Shown here piece by piece: positions 33,808 to 48,759 of a stretch of DNA of 64,000 nucleotides. Source of the DNA: the human T2T-CHM13v2.0 reference genome, Homo sapiens. Location of the stretch: the NCBI RefSeq assembly GCF_009914755.1, contig NC_060932.1; one strand, given 5' to 3'. The position numbers and the translations under genes are program-made. A model generated the notes under the pieces. That model was not told where the DNA came from. It ran no database searches and was given only the letters and a program-made list of their open reading frames with translations. The number at the start of each line of letters is the position of its first letter. Position 1 is the stretch's first letter.

Positions 33808-34515
33808 CTAGTACATGCTGTTTGACATTCAGTGTTCCACAATTACCAAGAGAAAAATATATATTGTCTTTGCATATATTTTTACAATGCATCTGAATAT
33901 CTGGAATAGGAATGCAGATTTGCAGATCTGTGTTTGTGTGTGTGTGTGTAAAAGTAATGTATATTCTTGGTAAAGTCAAACGGATATAACACTACCACTG
34001 AAATATTTAGAAGTGGCAGGTCAATGTCCCTGTCTCCAGTGCCACTTTGCAGTCCTGAGAAGCCTGGGCCTGAGACTCTGGGTCCCTTTCCTGTGTAATT
34101 GGAGTCAGTTGAGTGGTTGTTGCCCCGGCTCCTTTCTATGACCTGCTCGAAGGGGATGCACATTATAGGTTTGCTTGAGTCCCAAAACACGGAGAGAGCA
34201 ACGTGCTTCCGATTTTGTAGATTCTTGCCTTCCTCCGCCCTCCCATTCCTGTGTGCATCCGGCACATGCTGAGGGCTTGTGGTACTCTGGCTGTGTTCTG
34301 GGGCCTGGGGTCCAGTGGTGACATGACCGAGTCCCCACTATGGTGCCCTGTGAAGCTTAATGTGGGATTAGTAATCTGAAACCACATTTTATTAAGTGTG
34401 ACAATCTGGCAGCCTGTGGTTGTCTGTTGGCTTTGTTGTTTTTGTTCATGTATGTTAGCAGTGCTGAAGAATACAATCAAGTATGTTTTAAATGGTTTTT
34501 CTTATATAAATTTCA

Positions 34516-34820
34516 GGCCGGGCTTGGTGGCTCACACCTGTAATCCAGCATTTTGGGAGGCCGAGGCGGGTGGATCACTTGAGGTCAGGAGTTTGTGACC
34601 AGCCTGGCCAACGTAGTAAAATTCTGTCTCTACTAAAAAATATAAAAACTAGCTGGGCATAGTGGTGGGCACCTGTAATCCCAGTTACTTTGGAGGCTGA
34701 GGCAGAAGAATTTCTTGAACCCAGGAGGCGGAGGTTGCAGTGAGCCAAGATCGCCCATTGCACTCCAGCCTGGGCAATAGGAGTGAAACTTCATCTCAAA
34801 AAAAAGAAAAACAAAAAAAA
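34516..34820 (+). mobile_element. Alu
   Basis: Sense Alu; TSD-like AAATTTCA. Confidence 0.92.
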
Positions 34821-34956
34821 CCCACAAATTTCAAAAGTCACAATTATGTCAAGGATGCATTTTAGTTCACAGACTGCGGCAGGTTGGACACTATAAGGCT
34901 AGTGTTCAACTTTTCTTTATAGACACAGGTAAAGTACAAAGTATTGCATTTCTTAA

Positions 34957-35166
<210 letters not shown>

Positions 35167-35706
35167 TAGAGATGGTGACAGGAGAAGTAAAGGCTCAAGC
35201 CAATTTCGATCAGCTTCTGAGCCAGACACTAAATTATGTCAGAAGCATCATTTATTTTGTTTTCCTCTGTCCATTGGGGCTGAGAACTGGCCTGCAAAAT
35301 CTATTTACTTCAGCTCTTGCTCTTTCTTGCGACTTAGTAATTCTCTTAATGTTTGTAAGGAGGGGAGTAATGGGTATTTATCTTGATCATCTGCCTATTT
35401 CTTCATGATTCCCTCATCGCCAGATTCTCTGGATGCACGGCTCAAGTGCAAGAAATTTGCTTCCATCTCTGGGAAAGGTTATCTTAGGGCTGGAACCCAT
35501 TGGCTTAATAGAAAGCCTCAATGTATTACAATTTGAGGGTCACCAAGAAAGTTTCTAAGGTTCTCAAAGTCACGTCATGAAGAAATCATTTCTTAACATT
35601 AAGTATTGCCTTCTCAGGCTGGCAAGAAGTGCAGCAAGATTATAGCAGTGGCTTTTTCCAGGGGATTCTTTTCATCTACCTACTTTAAAAAAAAGTTTTT
35701 ATAGTG

Positions 35707-36067
<361 letters not shown>

Positions 36068-36664
36068 TTAGAACAAAAATGCTAAAGCATAACATTCTTT
36101 TAATGGTTCTAATGGAATGTGCGGTTATTTCTGGAAAGAGTAACATGTTAGGTCACACACATCTGACTGGGTCACTTTTTCTGTGTCAGCTTTGTTGAGT
36201 GAAAGCAAATGTGATTTCTAAATGGAAGGGGCAGATGGCTTTTAAACACTCTCCAGCCCCGGCAGAACAGAAGCTGCAGCCACGTGGACACGTCACCTCT
36301 GCATCCAGGTTTTCCCTCTACAGTCTTGGCCCCTGGGATCATAGCCTTGCTCACTTTCTCCTGTTGGCCCCTCTTGAGCAGAAGTGACTTTTAAACACGG
36401 CACATACTGAGCCAGCCTATCATTAATTAATTCTTACTGCACTGTAAGTCTTTCTGCACATATTTGCAGAATTCAGGTAAACTGTAATTACATGACTTCA
36501 CATTCTCCGTGTGGATCGGCATGTGTCAGAACTGGCTGGCAGTGCAAATCAGGTCCTCAGTTTCTGTTCCACTCAGCAGATTCATGGGTGTGAGTGCTCA
36601 CTCTGAATGTTGTCTCTTCCCATGCACACTCTGTTGTCTTCCTCCTCATTTCTCTATGTGCTCT

Positions 36665-37255
36665 TTTTTTAATTAACATGAAATTCACCTGACATAAATT
36701 AATCATTTAAAAGGAACAATCCACTGGCATTTAGTACATTCACAATATTGTGTAGCCACCACCTCCATCTACTTTCAAAATGTTTTTATCATCCCGAAAG
36801 GAAACAATGTACCCAATAAACAATCACTCTGCATTCGCCCCACCCTCAGCCCCTGGCAACCACCATTCTTTCTGTCTCTATGAATTTAACCACTCTAGGT
36901 ACCTCATATAAGTGGAATCATTTATTTGCCCTTTTGTGTCTGGCTTATTTCACCTAGCATAATGTTTTCAAGGTTCATCCATGTTGTAGAATGTATTAGA
37001 ATTTTCTTGTTTTATGGCTGAGTAATATTCCATTGCATGACTATAACAGAGTTTGTTTATCTACTTATCCATTGGTGGACCTTTCAGTTGTTTTTACCTT
37101 TTGACTGTTATGAATAATGCTGTATGAATGTTCACATACAAATTATTATGTGGACACATTTTCATTTCTCTTGTGTATAAACCTAGGAGTTCAGTTGCTG
37201 GGGCATGTGATAAGCCTCTGTTGAACTTTTTGAAGAACCACAAAACTATTATATG
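36665..37255 (-). mobile_element. L1MB-like 3' fragment, antisense
   Basis: GCATTTAGTACATTCACAATATTGTG...CCCCTGGCAACCACCATTC...AGGTACCTCATATAAGTGGAATCAT. Confidence 0.78.
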
Positions 37256-38812
37256 CTCATTAAAAAAAGAATGACTTGGCTTCTTTTTTCCTCCTTTGAT
37301 GTTTATATTTATTTTTTTCCAAATCTACAGAATGGGGCAGGAATAGTATAATGAATATTGTATACCCTTCACATAGATTCACCAGTTGTTAATATTGTCC
37401 TAATTTTCTTGTTCTTTTATATACGTACACATACATACATGTTATTATTGCCGTTGACCACCTGAGATTAAGTGCAGACGTGACTTGCTGAGTTTTGTGA
37501 AGAGTGTCTAAGCACCTAAGCAGTACTGTGTTCTCAGGGCACCTGTCAGGAGGCATAGTATTAGCCGGTCCTATTCTTAATGATGTTCTATTTGATTTTA
37601 TCTACAGTAATCCACCATCACTTTTATTTAAAGTGATCCAAAAGTTTAAATGGATCATTTAAATTTAGTTTCTCCATGGCAACTTTTTACTCCCTTTTGT
37701 AGTAAATAAATACTCTGTGGGAAGTTTAAGATTATGTAAATAGAACTTTCTCCAAATGGTTTCAGCACGATCTGTGAATTCTCTTCCCTCTTAGAAGCCG
37801 TCACTTCTCTATAAAGCTCCAGTCCTTTCTGTCCTCCTCCCTTGCTCCTTGAACATGTCTATTCCAACCCCACTGGCTCACGTCAAGATCCAGGGACTTC
37901 TGCGTTCTCTTCCCGGCTTCTCCGTCTGTTCACTGAGAGTATTGGCAGGAAAACCAGGATCGCAATCACACTTAATTGTGCTCTTAGTCCATCTGAGTAC
38001 TTACTGTGACTTTGTGTGGGGAGAAGGAGGAGAAGACAGGAGGAAAGGAGAAAAGAGTGTACAGGCTCTACGGGCCCTGCTCTAAGTGTGTTTGCATTGA
38101 CATTCTCACTTACTCATTGCTGTAGCACTGTGAATGAGAGGCATTACTGTGATCATTCGATAAACAACATCACTGAGAATCAGATAAGCAACTTATTCAA
38201 GGTCATTCAAGGCAGTGAGAGAGCCAGGCTGCTCTGGCATCTGGGAACCCTGGACTCAATTATTTGCTACACTATTTCTAAGCTAATTTGACTTCCCTAG
38301 CCTCAGTTTCCACATCAGTGAAGTGGACAAACTCCAATCTTATCAGTTGTTCAAAGGAAGAATGAGATTATGCACCTGGGATGTTTCCCAGAGTCTGACT
38401 CCATGTGCCCTATTTTTATTATTGTCACTTTTTTGTTTTTTATTCTAGTTATTGGAAGTTATATTTTGGTGTATTTTCCCCAATTTTAATCATAAAACAG
38501 AGCCATAAATAATCCAATTAGACTTTCCTATGGATATTTGCTGGCAAAGGAATTAACGTGTCTGTCATGAAAAGAAATGTAGAGGGAGGTTAATCAGGAT
38601 GTACTGGTTCATCCTAAATCAGTAGCCCTGCATATAAAGTGATGGCTTGGAATCTTGTTCTAGCCTCTCCTGTTCAGCTGTGAAGCCAGGATAAAGCATC
38701 AAATTGCATGCTATTTGCTCCTGAGAGACAAGTAAAGTGAACAAAGTAATTCAAATCCAACTGCTTGAGTGAATTATTTCTTAGTAACACTGTTTTTAAA
38801 GATGCAGTTGTT

Positions 38813-39117
38813 GGCAGGGCACGGTGGCTCACACCTGTAATCCTGGCACTTCGGGAGGCCGAGGCAGGTAGATCACTTGAGCTCAGAAGTTCAAGACTAG
38901 TCTGGACAACATGGTGAAACCCTGTCTCTATCAAAAATACAAAAAAAAATTAGTTGAGCATGGTGGTGTTGCACCTGTGTTTCCATCTACTTAGGAGGTT
39001 GAGGTGGGAGGATCGCTTGAGCCTAGGAGGCAGAGGTTGCAGTGAGCTGAGATTGCGCCGCTGTCACCAAACTGGGTGACAGAGTGAGACCCCATCTCAA
39101 AAAATAAATAAATAAAT
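38813..39117 (+). mobile_element. Alu (J-like)
   Basis: Sense Alu; TSD-like ATGCAGTTG. Confidence 0.9.
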
Positions 39118-39609
39118 ATGCAGTTGCTGCCAGCCTGGATGCCTGGCATCAAAAGTGCTGCTGTCAGCTGTGGTGTCAGTGCGTCCTGCAGGGGGTGCCT
39201 GGCGAGGTTGGGAGCAGGAAGTCAGGAGCTAGGCAGCCTGGAGCACACACCTCAGCAGACCTGCTTACACCCCCTGTTCTGTCGTAAGGTGTAAGTCTGC
39301 ACTAAAATTGTACACCTGGAGCTTAAGAACATTGGTCCTTTCTGGGATTGGGAAAACCGCCTTGCTTCTAATTCCAGATACACTGAATCCTCCAATTTCT
39401 CTTCTTTCCTGCACACAGCTTAATTTTAGAGAACTTTTGCTTAACATATATTCAGGTGGTGCCTAGGAGAAACAAGTTTAGAAGAGAAGAGAATGGAGTG
39501 TTGGAAAGTATCTGATTGTTTTATACAAATTTTTACTTTTTATTTAGACTGAAACAGGATAAAAATCTTGAGAAAATACATCACTTGAATAGATTTGCTC
39601 ATTCCGTTT

Positions 39610-40490
39610 TTAAAAATTGTGGTTAAATACACGTGACATAAAATTTGTGTTTTAGCGATGTTTAGGTGTACAGTTCAGTAGTGTTAAATGCATCTACACT
39701 GTTATGCAACCAATCTCCAGACTCTCTTTTCATCTGATAAAACTGAGAGACTGTGTACTCTTTAACACCAACTCCCTGATCCCCTCTCTGGCAACCACCA
39801 TGCTACTTTCTGTCTCTATGAATTTGACTACCTTAGGTACCTCAAATAATTAGAATCATACAGTATTTGTCTTTTTGTCTCTGGCTTACTTCACTTAGCA
39901 TGATGTCTCCAAGGTTTATCTATGTCGTAGCATGTGTCAGAATTTCTTTGCTTTTTAAGGCTTAATGATATTCCTTTATATGCATACATAACCTTTTGTT
40001 TATTCATCTATTGATGGACAATTAGGTTGTTTCTACCTTTTGGCTATTGTGAATTTGCCACTGTGAACATGGGTGCACAGATACCTCTCTGAGACCTTAT
40101 TTTCCATTCCTTTGAGTATAAATCCAGAAGTGGAATGGCTGGATCCTGTAATTCTTCTATCTCTAAAATTTGGAGGAACTGCCGTACTGTTTTCTACTTC
40201 GGCTGCACCATTTTACATTCCCATTGACCGTGTGTAAGTGTTCCCTTTCTCCACAGCCTCACCAACAGTTGTTATTTTCTGTTTTGGGGATTTTTTTTGT
40301 TGTTGGCTGGTTGGCTTTTGTGATAGTTGTCATTTTAATAGATGTGAGATGGTATCTTACTGTGGTTTTGATTTGTGTTTTCCTAATAATTAGTGACCAA
40401 GCATCTTTTCATGTCCTTCCTGGTCATTTCTACATCTTCTTTGGAGAAACGTATGTTCAAGTCCCTTTCTCACTTTTTAAATTGTGTTCT
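39610..40490 (-). mobile_element. L1MB-like 3' fragment, antisense
   Basis: GTGTACAGTTCAGTAGTGTTAA...GGCAACCACCATGCTACTTTCTGTCTCTATGAATTTGACTACC...GGCTGCACCATTTTACATTCCCA. Confidence 0.8.
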
Positions 40491-40749
40491 TTACTTGATT
40501 TACTAATAACGTTTTAAATGACAGAGGCAGTAGAGCCTCATCTAAAATGGGGTTTAATGGAACCTATCTCAGAGGGATTACATAACAATTGAAAGAAATT
40601 GTGCAGGTAAGTTCAATTGACAGCATTCAAAGCACTGTTATTAAATAATATCTTTAGTAAGAAAATATGTCACACTAGTGCAAAGGCTATACAGTAGAGG
40701 AAAGAAATTGCCCAGGGTTTCCCACTAAATAGAAGTTGTTTGTATTTTT

Positions 40750-41465
40750 GCTTTTTAATTTTTTTTATTTTGAGATAATTGTGGATTTACATGCCATTGT
40801 GAGAAATAATACAAAAAGGATAACATATGTCCACGCAAAAACCTGTACATGAGTGTTCATAGTAGCATTATTTGTAATAGCCAAAAAGTACAAACAACTC
40901 AAATGTCCATCAGATGATGAATGGGTCAATAAAATGTGGTGTATTCATACAATGGAGTATTTGGCAATAAAAAAAAAAAATGACCTGGCATACTTCAACA
41001 TGGATGCCATGCTGTTTTATGGATGACTTATAATAACACTATGTTAAGTGAAAGAAATCAGGCCCAAAGGAGCACATATTATACTGTTCCATTTATATGA
41101 AATGTCCAGAATAGGCAAATCTAGAGTTAGAAAGTAGATGACTAGTTGCCTAGGGCTGGGGGGCCTGGGAGTATGGTAGGAGTGACTGCTAATGAGCATG
41201 GGATTTCTTTTTGGAGTCATGACAACATTCTAAAGCTAATTGTGGTGATGATTGTACAATTCTGAATATGCAAATAACTGATGAACTATATACTTTAAAT
41301 GGGTAAATGACATGGTATATGAATTATATTTCAATAAAGCTGGCAAATATATAAAAGAAATGATACAGAGAGATCCCATGTACCATTTACCCAGTTTCCT
41401 CCAGTGGTAACATCTTGTAAAACTATAGTACAACATCACTACCAGGATATTGGCATTGATCACCG
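40750..41465. mobile_element. Nested L1s: sense L1MB-like 3' end (about 40815-41355) inserted into an antisense older L1 fragment
   Basis: The inner element ends in AATAAAGC plus an A-rich tail and is flanked by AGAAATAATACA / AGAAATGATACA; the outer sequence resumes afterwards. Confidence 0.65.
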
Positions 41466-43239
41466 TTCATTTTTTAATTGTGCTTTTCTTCCAGTCTTAT
41501 ATTGAATGGAGGAAGGAAGGAAAAGAAGGGAAGGGGAGGAAAAGAAAATAGAAGAGAAAAAAATAGAAAATTTTGACTTGGGATCTTTTGCTTGTAGGGA
41601 CTGAGTTTGCCTGTCAGTCAGCGAGCTCCTTCTTCACTCCTGAAATAATTTAAATATGTTGAATACACATAGCAGAGGAATATTGGGAATACAACCAAAA
41701 GAGTTGTGATTGGTGATTTTATGTTACAAATAGACTGAAGGATACTCCCTCTCCCAATTTTGAGCTGCTAGAATTTAGTTTTCTCTTACCCTTTTTAGTT
41801 TCTCAAAGGATAAGCAGGCCAGCTTTTCTCATTGATAGAAAAAATACAATTAAAATTCTATCACTGTTAACCCAGTAAGTTAATATTTTTGTTAAACATA
41901 AGGAATTGTTCATGGACAACCCATTTCATTTTATGGTCTGCATTTTTTTGGCTTGAAATGCAGTGAACAAATACTAGGAAGTGACCTGTTCTTTGGGGGA
42001 AGGGGCTGGGTGGGGATAAAAGAAAGAGGTGTCTCTGCTTCAAGCTGTTTCCTCTTGTTTGTGTGATCCTTGTGACATCTGACTTGGGTGACATGCTTCC
42101 TCTGTGGATTGTCCTATTCCCAGGGAATCAACTGGGCAGCGAGGCTAAGGACGATGTTTCCTCTGACTGCTTGGTCTATGAAGAGACCCTGAGGAAGGAA
42201 GGAAACTTATTTTACATTGAATTTTGCTTGATAAATTCTCATTTGAGCCAACTGCCTTGAGATTAATCACCAACCCACTTCCAAAATCAACTGCATGCAT
42301 TTTTTAAAAACCACTCTCCCTTTTGTGGTACGTGGGCACTTTTTAGCAAGCCAGTCACAGCCGGAATTAGAGTGCTCTCAAGGTGCCACATCAGCTTTCT
42401 TTAACTGTGGCAAAGTGTCACTCCACAAGACGCTTTTTACTAGCTCAAAAAGTTTTTTTTAACATAATTTTTCATCTGTATTGACAACCCAAATCTCCAT
42501 GACTAGGTTAATTTGAACCTTCAAACTACCAGAGAGTATCTTAGAAACCTATGATTTGATCCTTAGCACTGAATAAAAATCATGCCTTTAACAGAGGGAT
42601 GAAAACCACTCTATTGTTTCAATATCACAGCCCTAAGAGATCATCTGGGAGCTGCCGCCATTCTTGGGCCATGTTTGACACAGCTGCTTTATCTACCACT
42701 CACCTCAAACTCCTTATCAGTATTTAAAATATATGCAGCTGCAATATTTCCTGATGACTTCCCCCCTAACCTTGGAAAGCGTTTTTTTTCCTTCGTCCTT
42801 TACTCATACTTTTCTATTTATAAGTCTCCATGAGCTTCATTGTTTTTATGATGGCAAAAGGGAAATGGTTTTGTTTCTTTAACTTTTATTGCTATGTAAT
42901 GTAACAAGCAGACAGAAAATGCAAACACAAATATCTAATTTCACAAATAATTACAAAGCAAAAACTGGTGTGTCGACCTCTGAGAGGAAACTTGCTAGCC
43001 CCAGAAGCCCCCACCGTCCACCCATCCCCTCCCACCCACACCCTACCTGTCCCCCAGAGACAACAGCTATTCCGACCTTCCTGATGGTTTTCTGACTTCT
43101 TCTTAATTTTGCCACTTTTGTATATGGGGATGTATGCATCCCCCCAAAATATAGCTCAGTTTTGCTGTTTTTGTACTTTGTATGAACGAATTATACCAAA
43201 TGTGCTCTTTTACGTCTTGCCTCTTTTACTCAACGGGTT

Positions 43240-43800
43240 GGTGAGAGGCATCCATGCTTTTGGGTGTGGCTACAGTTCATTCATCTTCATTCCATATGGT
43301 GTTGGTAAGATACATGTGGCTTTTGGGTATGGCTACAATTCATTCATCTTCATTCCATATGGTGTTGGTGAAATGCATCCATGCTTTTGGGTGTGGCTAC
43401 GGTTCATTCATCTTCATCCTATGTTGTGTTGGTGAGATGCATCCATGCTTTTGGGTGTGGCTATTGTTTATTCATCTTCATGCCATATGGTGTTGGTGAG
43501 ATGCATCTGTGCTTTTGCGTGTGGCTACAATTCATTCATCTTCAGTCCCTATGATGTTGGTGAGATGCATCCGTGCTTTTGGGTGTGACTACAGTTCATT
43601 CATCTTCATCTCATGTCGTGTTTGTGAGATGCACTCGTGCTTCTGGGTGTGGCTATGGTTCATTCGTCTTCATCCCATGTCGTGTTGGTGAGATGCATCT
43701 GTGGCTACGGTTCATTCATCTTCATTCCATATGGTATTGGTGAGATGCATTCATGCTTTTGGGTGTGGCTATGGTTTATTCATCTTCATGCCATATTGTG
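43240..43800. repeat. 64-bp minisatellite, about 9 copies
   Basis: Units start at 43240, 43304, 43367, 43431, 43495, 43559, 43623, 43687 and 43739. Consensus approx. GGTGAGATGCATCCATGCTTTTGGGTGTGGCTACAGTTCATTCATCTTCATTCCATATGGTGTT. Confidence 0.95.
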
Positions 43801-43874
43801 CTGTGCTGCATGTGTTTTCAAGATATACGATCATTTATCCATTTATTTCACCATTTACTGATGAAATTGAAGTT

Positions 43875-44282
43875 CATGTTAGTCCATTTTGCTTTGCTAA
43901 AGGAATACCCGAGACTGGGTAACTTATAAAGAAAATGTTTATTTGCTTTACGGTTCTTCAGATTTTATAAGAAGCATGGCACCTGTCTCTGCTTCTGGTG
44001 AAGCCTCAGGAAGCTTCCATTCAAAAAGGAAGGCAAAAGGGAGTGAGCATGTCACACAGTGAGAGCAAGAGAGTGACCAGAAGAGGTGCCATGCTTTTAG
44101 ACAACCAGCTCTCTTGTGAACTAATGGAGCGAGAACTCACTCTTTACCACGGGGATGGCCCCAAGCCATTCATGAGGGATTCATTCCCATGACCCAAATA
44201 CCTCCCTCTAGTCCCCACCTCCAACACTGGGGATCAAATTTCAACATGAGATTTGGAGAGGACAAACATCCAAACTATATCA
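43875..44282 (-). mobile_element. MaLR solo LTR (MST-type)
   Basis: TTAGTCCATTTTGC...AAAGGAATACCCGAGACTGGGTAACTTATAAAGAAAA...CAAATTTCAACATGAGATTTGG...CATCCAAACTATATCA; probable 5-bp TSD AAGTT/GAGTT. Confidence 0.85.
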
Positions 44283-45048
44283 GAGTTTTTCCCAGTTTGG
44301 GCTGCTATGAACAATGCGCTGCACATTTTTGTGCCTCATTTTTGTGCTGATGCAAGCATGCATGAGCTCTAGGGTGAGTGGGAGTGGATTTGCTGGATCG
44401 TAAGGTGTATGAATCTTCAGCTCTTCTAAGTTATTGCCAACTTATTTTGCAAAGTGCTGGTCCCAGCTTAAGATTCTCACCAGCAATATGCCAGTCCCCA
44501 CGTCCCCTTTCCTGACTAGCAGAGCTGTACTTAGAGAGATGTGGGCCCCAAGGCAGCACAGGCAGTGGGTGGTTATCCGGAAGGAAGTGTGCACTCAGCA
44601 TCCTTCATGGACACCTTGGATGTTGTCACAGAAGCTCTGCAATTGAATTTCAGTGATGCTCAGCAAAGAACACAGAATGAGGCCTAGGGCAGCTGCTCCA
44701 GAGTCCCTCCCAAGGGGCAGGTGCTCATCAGCACTTGATATTACCAGACTTTAAAAATTTTTGCTGAGCTCGGCAGTGGTTTCTCATGACTTTATTTGCA
44801 TTTCTCTGGTTACTAATAAGATTGAGTACTTTTCACGTGTTTATTACTCATATGAATTTCTTCTTTTGAAATGCCCTTCCAAGCCTTTGCCTATTTCTTC
44901 TGATTTTTCTTATTGATTTGTAAGAATTCTTTCTATATCCTGGATGCAAGTTCCTTGCAGTTATATGTATCATATAGTTTATGTATTTTCATCTATTTTA
45001 TATCATGTATTTTCCTGCTGTGATTTGCTATGGATATGCTCATGTAAC

Positions 45049-45084
45049 TTAGGGTTAGAGTTAGGGCTGGGGTTAAGGTTAGGG
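45049..45084 (+). repeat. Degenerate telomere-like hexamer array
   Basis: TTAGGG TTAGAG TTAGGG CTGGGG TTAAGG TTAGGG. Confidence 0.7.
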
Positions 45085-45363
45085 TTTATAAACGTTAAAA
45101 AATTTATAATAAAACCTTTTTGATTTAAATGTAATATTAAAAGGCTTTTGTTGGTGGAATGTACTTTACAATAACTCTTAAGTTCTACAGAAAAGGCCAT
45201 ATTGCTTGTAATTATGCATTTAGATGTCAGAACAATTTAATATATTCATAATTCCATTATTTTAGGTAGGTGGTAGCTTTTTAAAAGGACCTAGGATGGT
45301 TTTTTTTTGTCAGCTTTATGTTACTATCTTCTCCATATGTTCTAACACTTATTTTGTACTGCA

Positions 45364-45509
45364 TTTTTCTTTTTCTTTTCTTTTTTTGTTTTGTTTTAGA
45401 GAAGGGGGTCTCACTATATTGCCCAGGTTAGTCTTGAACTCCTGGGCTCAAGCGATCCTCCTGCCTCTCAAAGTGCTGGGATTACAGGCATGAACCACCT
45501 TGTCTAGCC
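45364..45509 (-). mobile_element. Alu monomer (FLAM-like)
   Basis: Single antisense left arm. Confidence 0.82.
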
Positions 45510-45736
45510 TCATTTTTCTATAGAGCACTGCAAGCTCCTAAGTATTAACCAAAGTGGAATACAAAATAAAACATTTTAATAGAGGAATCAGTCTTAATGA
45601 CCAAAAGAAACATCATTGGATAGGTTGACTGCTAGCTATAAATGAACTTTTTATTATTTGTTTGAAGGCTTGGAAATAGATGTATAATACATTTCTTTAT
45701 TATTTAAAAAAATCATTTTTTAAAAAGTACATACTT

Positions 45737-45890
45737 GGCTGGGCACAGTGGCTCATGCCTACAATCCCAGCACTTTGGAAGACCAAGGTGAGCAGATCAG
45801 CTGAGGTCAGGAGTTCAAGACCAGCCTGGCCAACATGGCAAAACCCTGTCTCTCCTGGAAAAAAGAAAGAGAAGAGAAGAGAAAAGAAAA
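45737..45890 (+). mobile_element. Alu left arm only
   Basis: Sense left monomer with GA-rich tail; TSD-like AGTACATACT. Confidence 0.85.
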
Positions 45891-46976
45891 GAGTACATAC
45901 TCATTGACAAATCCAATCAGAATAGAAAAGAACAAGAGAAAGTAGAAGTCACTCCAAATTCTACCAGCCAGGGATAATCACTGTTGTTTTACTCAGCAGG
46001 CTTCCAGTCATCTTTCTATGCTATTCACATACAGATACTCTTGCACCCTAAAAAGGGGACCGTCCACTCCACGTCACCTTTCCTTAGGTGGATAGGGCAG
46101 GTGCTATCCAGCTTTTGCGCACCAGGCAGCAGGAACTGCAGGAAGATTTGCAGTGACACCAGCAGCTATTACTCCCTTCTCCCCATTTTTTTTTTTAACA
46201 TTTCCAAGAGAAAGATGGAAGCAGAAGAGAGGACAGGAAGGAAGAGTATGATTATTAATATTTCTGCTTTGCCAAATTACTGAGAAAAGGCTTTCCCAAG
46301 AGAAAGTCAGGATTAAAGTGCTCAATCCCAGTCCCAGAAGGGTGGTGCCTCGGGGGAACTATACTAAGGAGTCAGTATTGCCCAGAGCGTGTTCCATGCG
46401 GTGTAAGAGGCTACTTGAACAAGTGTTCTGAGGTCAAGAAATTGTGGGAAACGCTGGGGTGAACAAATGCAGGCTTTTCCCCTGAAGGCCTCCCAGGGCA
46501 CCTGCTGCATCTCCTGGGTGGGGGAGGAGTGGAGGGAGTGGCTCCCTGTCCTTTTAGTGGGGGATCCTTTTTCACTAACAGTCACCCAAGTCCAGTTGTC
46601 TGCAAATTTTGGGAAGTGCTTGTTTGACTCTAGCATATTGTACTTTAAAGTTAGTATATATAAGTAATTTTTATAAAGAACACCTTTTTTAAAGAAAATG
46701 TGGTAAATAGTTAAAGATATGGTGAACAAAATTAAAATCGCTCGTAATCACACCATTGGAAATAACCAGCATTTGATATATTTTGGTGTCTTTTCTTCCA
46801 GACTGTTGTTTATATGTGTGTGTCTGTGTATCTATAAAATATGTCTGTATTTTAAAATGGGGATTATAATGTGAGTGTATGCCTGTGTGTGTATGTATAT
46901 GTATGTAAGGGATTATAGCATATATAGAGTTTTGTTTTGTTTTTTTTGGTCTTGAATAAAGAACATTTTATTATTA

Positions 46977-47293
<317 letters not shown>

Positions 47294-47521
47294 TATTAGC
47301 CCTCATGGTAGAGTGCCAATAAAAACGTTTTTTTGCTACTATTTCATAGAAACCTTTTGATTTTTGAATAATTTAAACATTTTTTGGTAAAGAAAGAAAA
47401 TTCCTAGATACTTTTCATCTAGCCTCCCCTAATTTTATCACTACATAGTGTTTTAACTCAGGCTTTTTCTATCTGTAATTAAATTTTTTGCTAACTCTGC
47501 ATCTACAAAGTGAAGTTTTAA

Positions 47522-48101
<580 letters not shown>

Positions 48102-48414
48102 TAAAATGTGTAAGTGTTCAGAGGTCACTCAACTAGTTTAATTATCAAACAGTATACCCACTACCGAAAAATCAGGAAATATGGGAAGACAAAGCAGTTT
48201 ATAAACCTAATCACCAGAAGTAATCCATGTCACAGAATTGAAATCTAATCCTCCTGTTTTCTCTGCATCTGCCTGCGTGTACCTATTGCCCTGAGAATAG
48301 TACCCCATATCTAGTAGCCCCCAATAAATATTTATCAAATGAATTACTATGTATTTCAAAAAGGAATTTTTGAAATACATATGCTTAAAATGTGAAGAGT
48401 TCCCAGAATTCTAA

Positions 48415-48759
<345 letters not shown>

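Larger units (their letters stand above)
42880..44990 (-). mobile_element. Highly diverged L1ME-like fragment hosting the minisatellite and the MST LTR
   Basis: Antisense L1-like phrases flank both inserts (e.g. CCAGTTTGGGCTGCTATGAACAATGC, ATTTGCATTTCTCTGGTTACTAATAAGATTGAG). Confidence 0.55.

Noticed and set aside
37626-37664. AT-rich inverted repeat ATTTAAAGTGATCCA / TGGATCATTTAAAT
   Set aside because: A short, weak stem that is plausible by chance in AT-rich intron, with no other support.
43240-43800. Regular 64-bp periodicity resembling a CRISPR repeat-spacer array
   Set aside because: Whole units are homologous with no unique spacers, so it is a tandem minisatellite. Its ORFs (43109-43922) are repeat artefacts.
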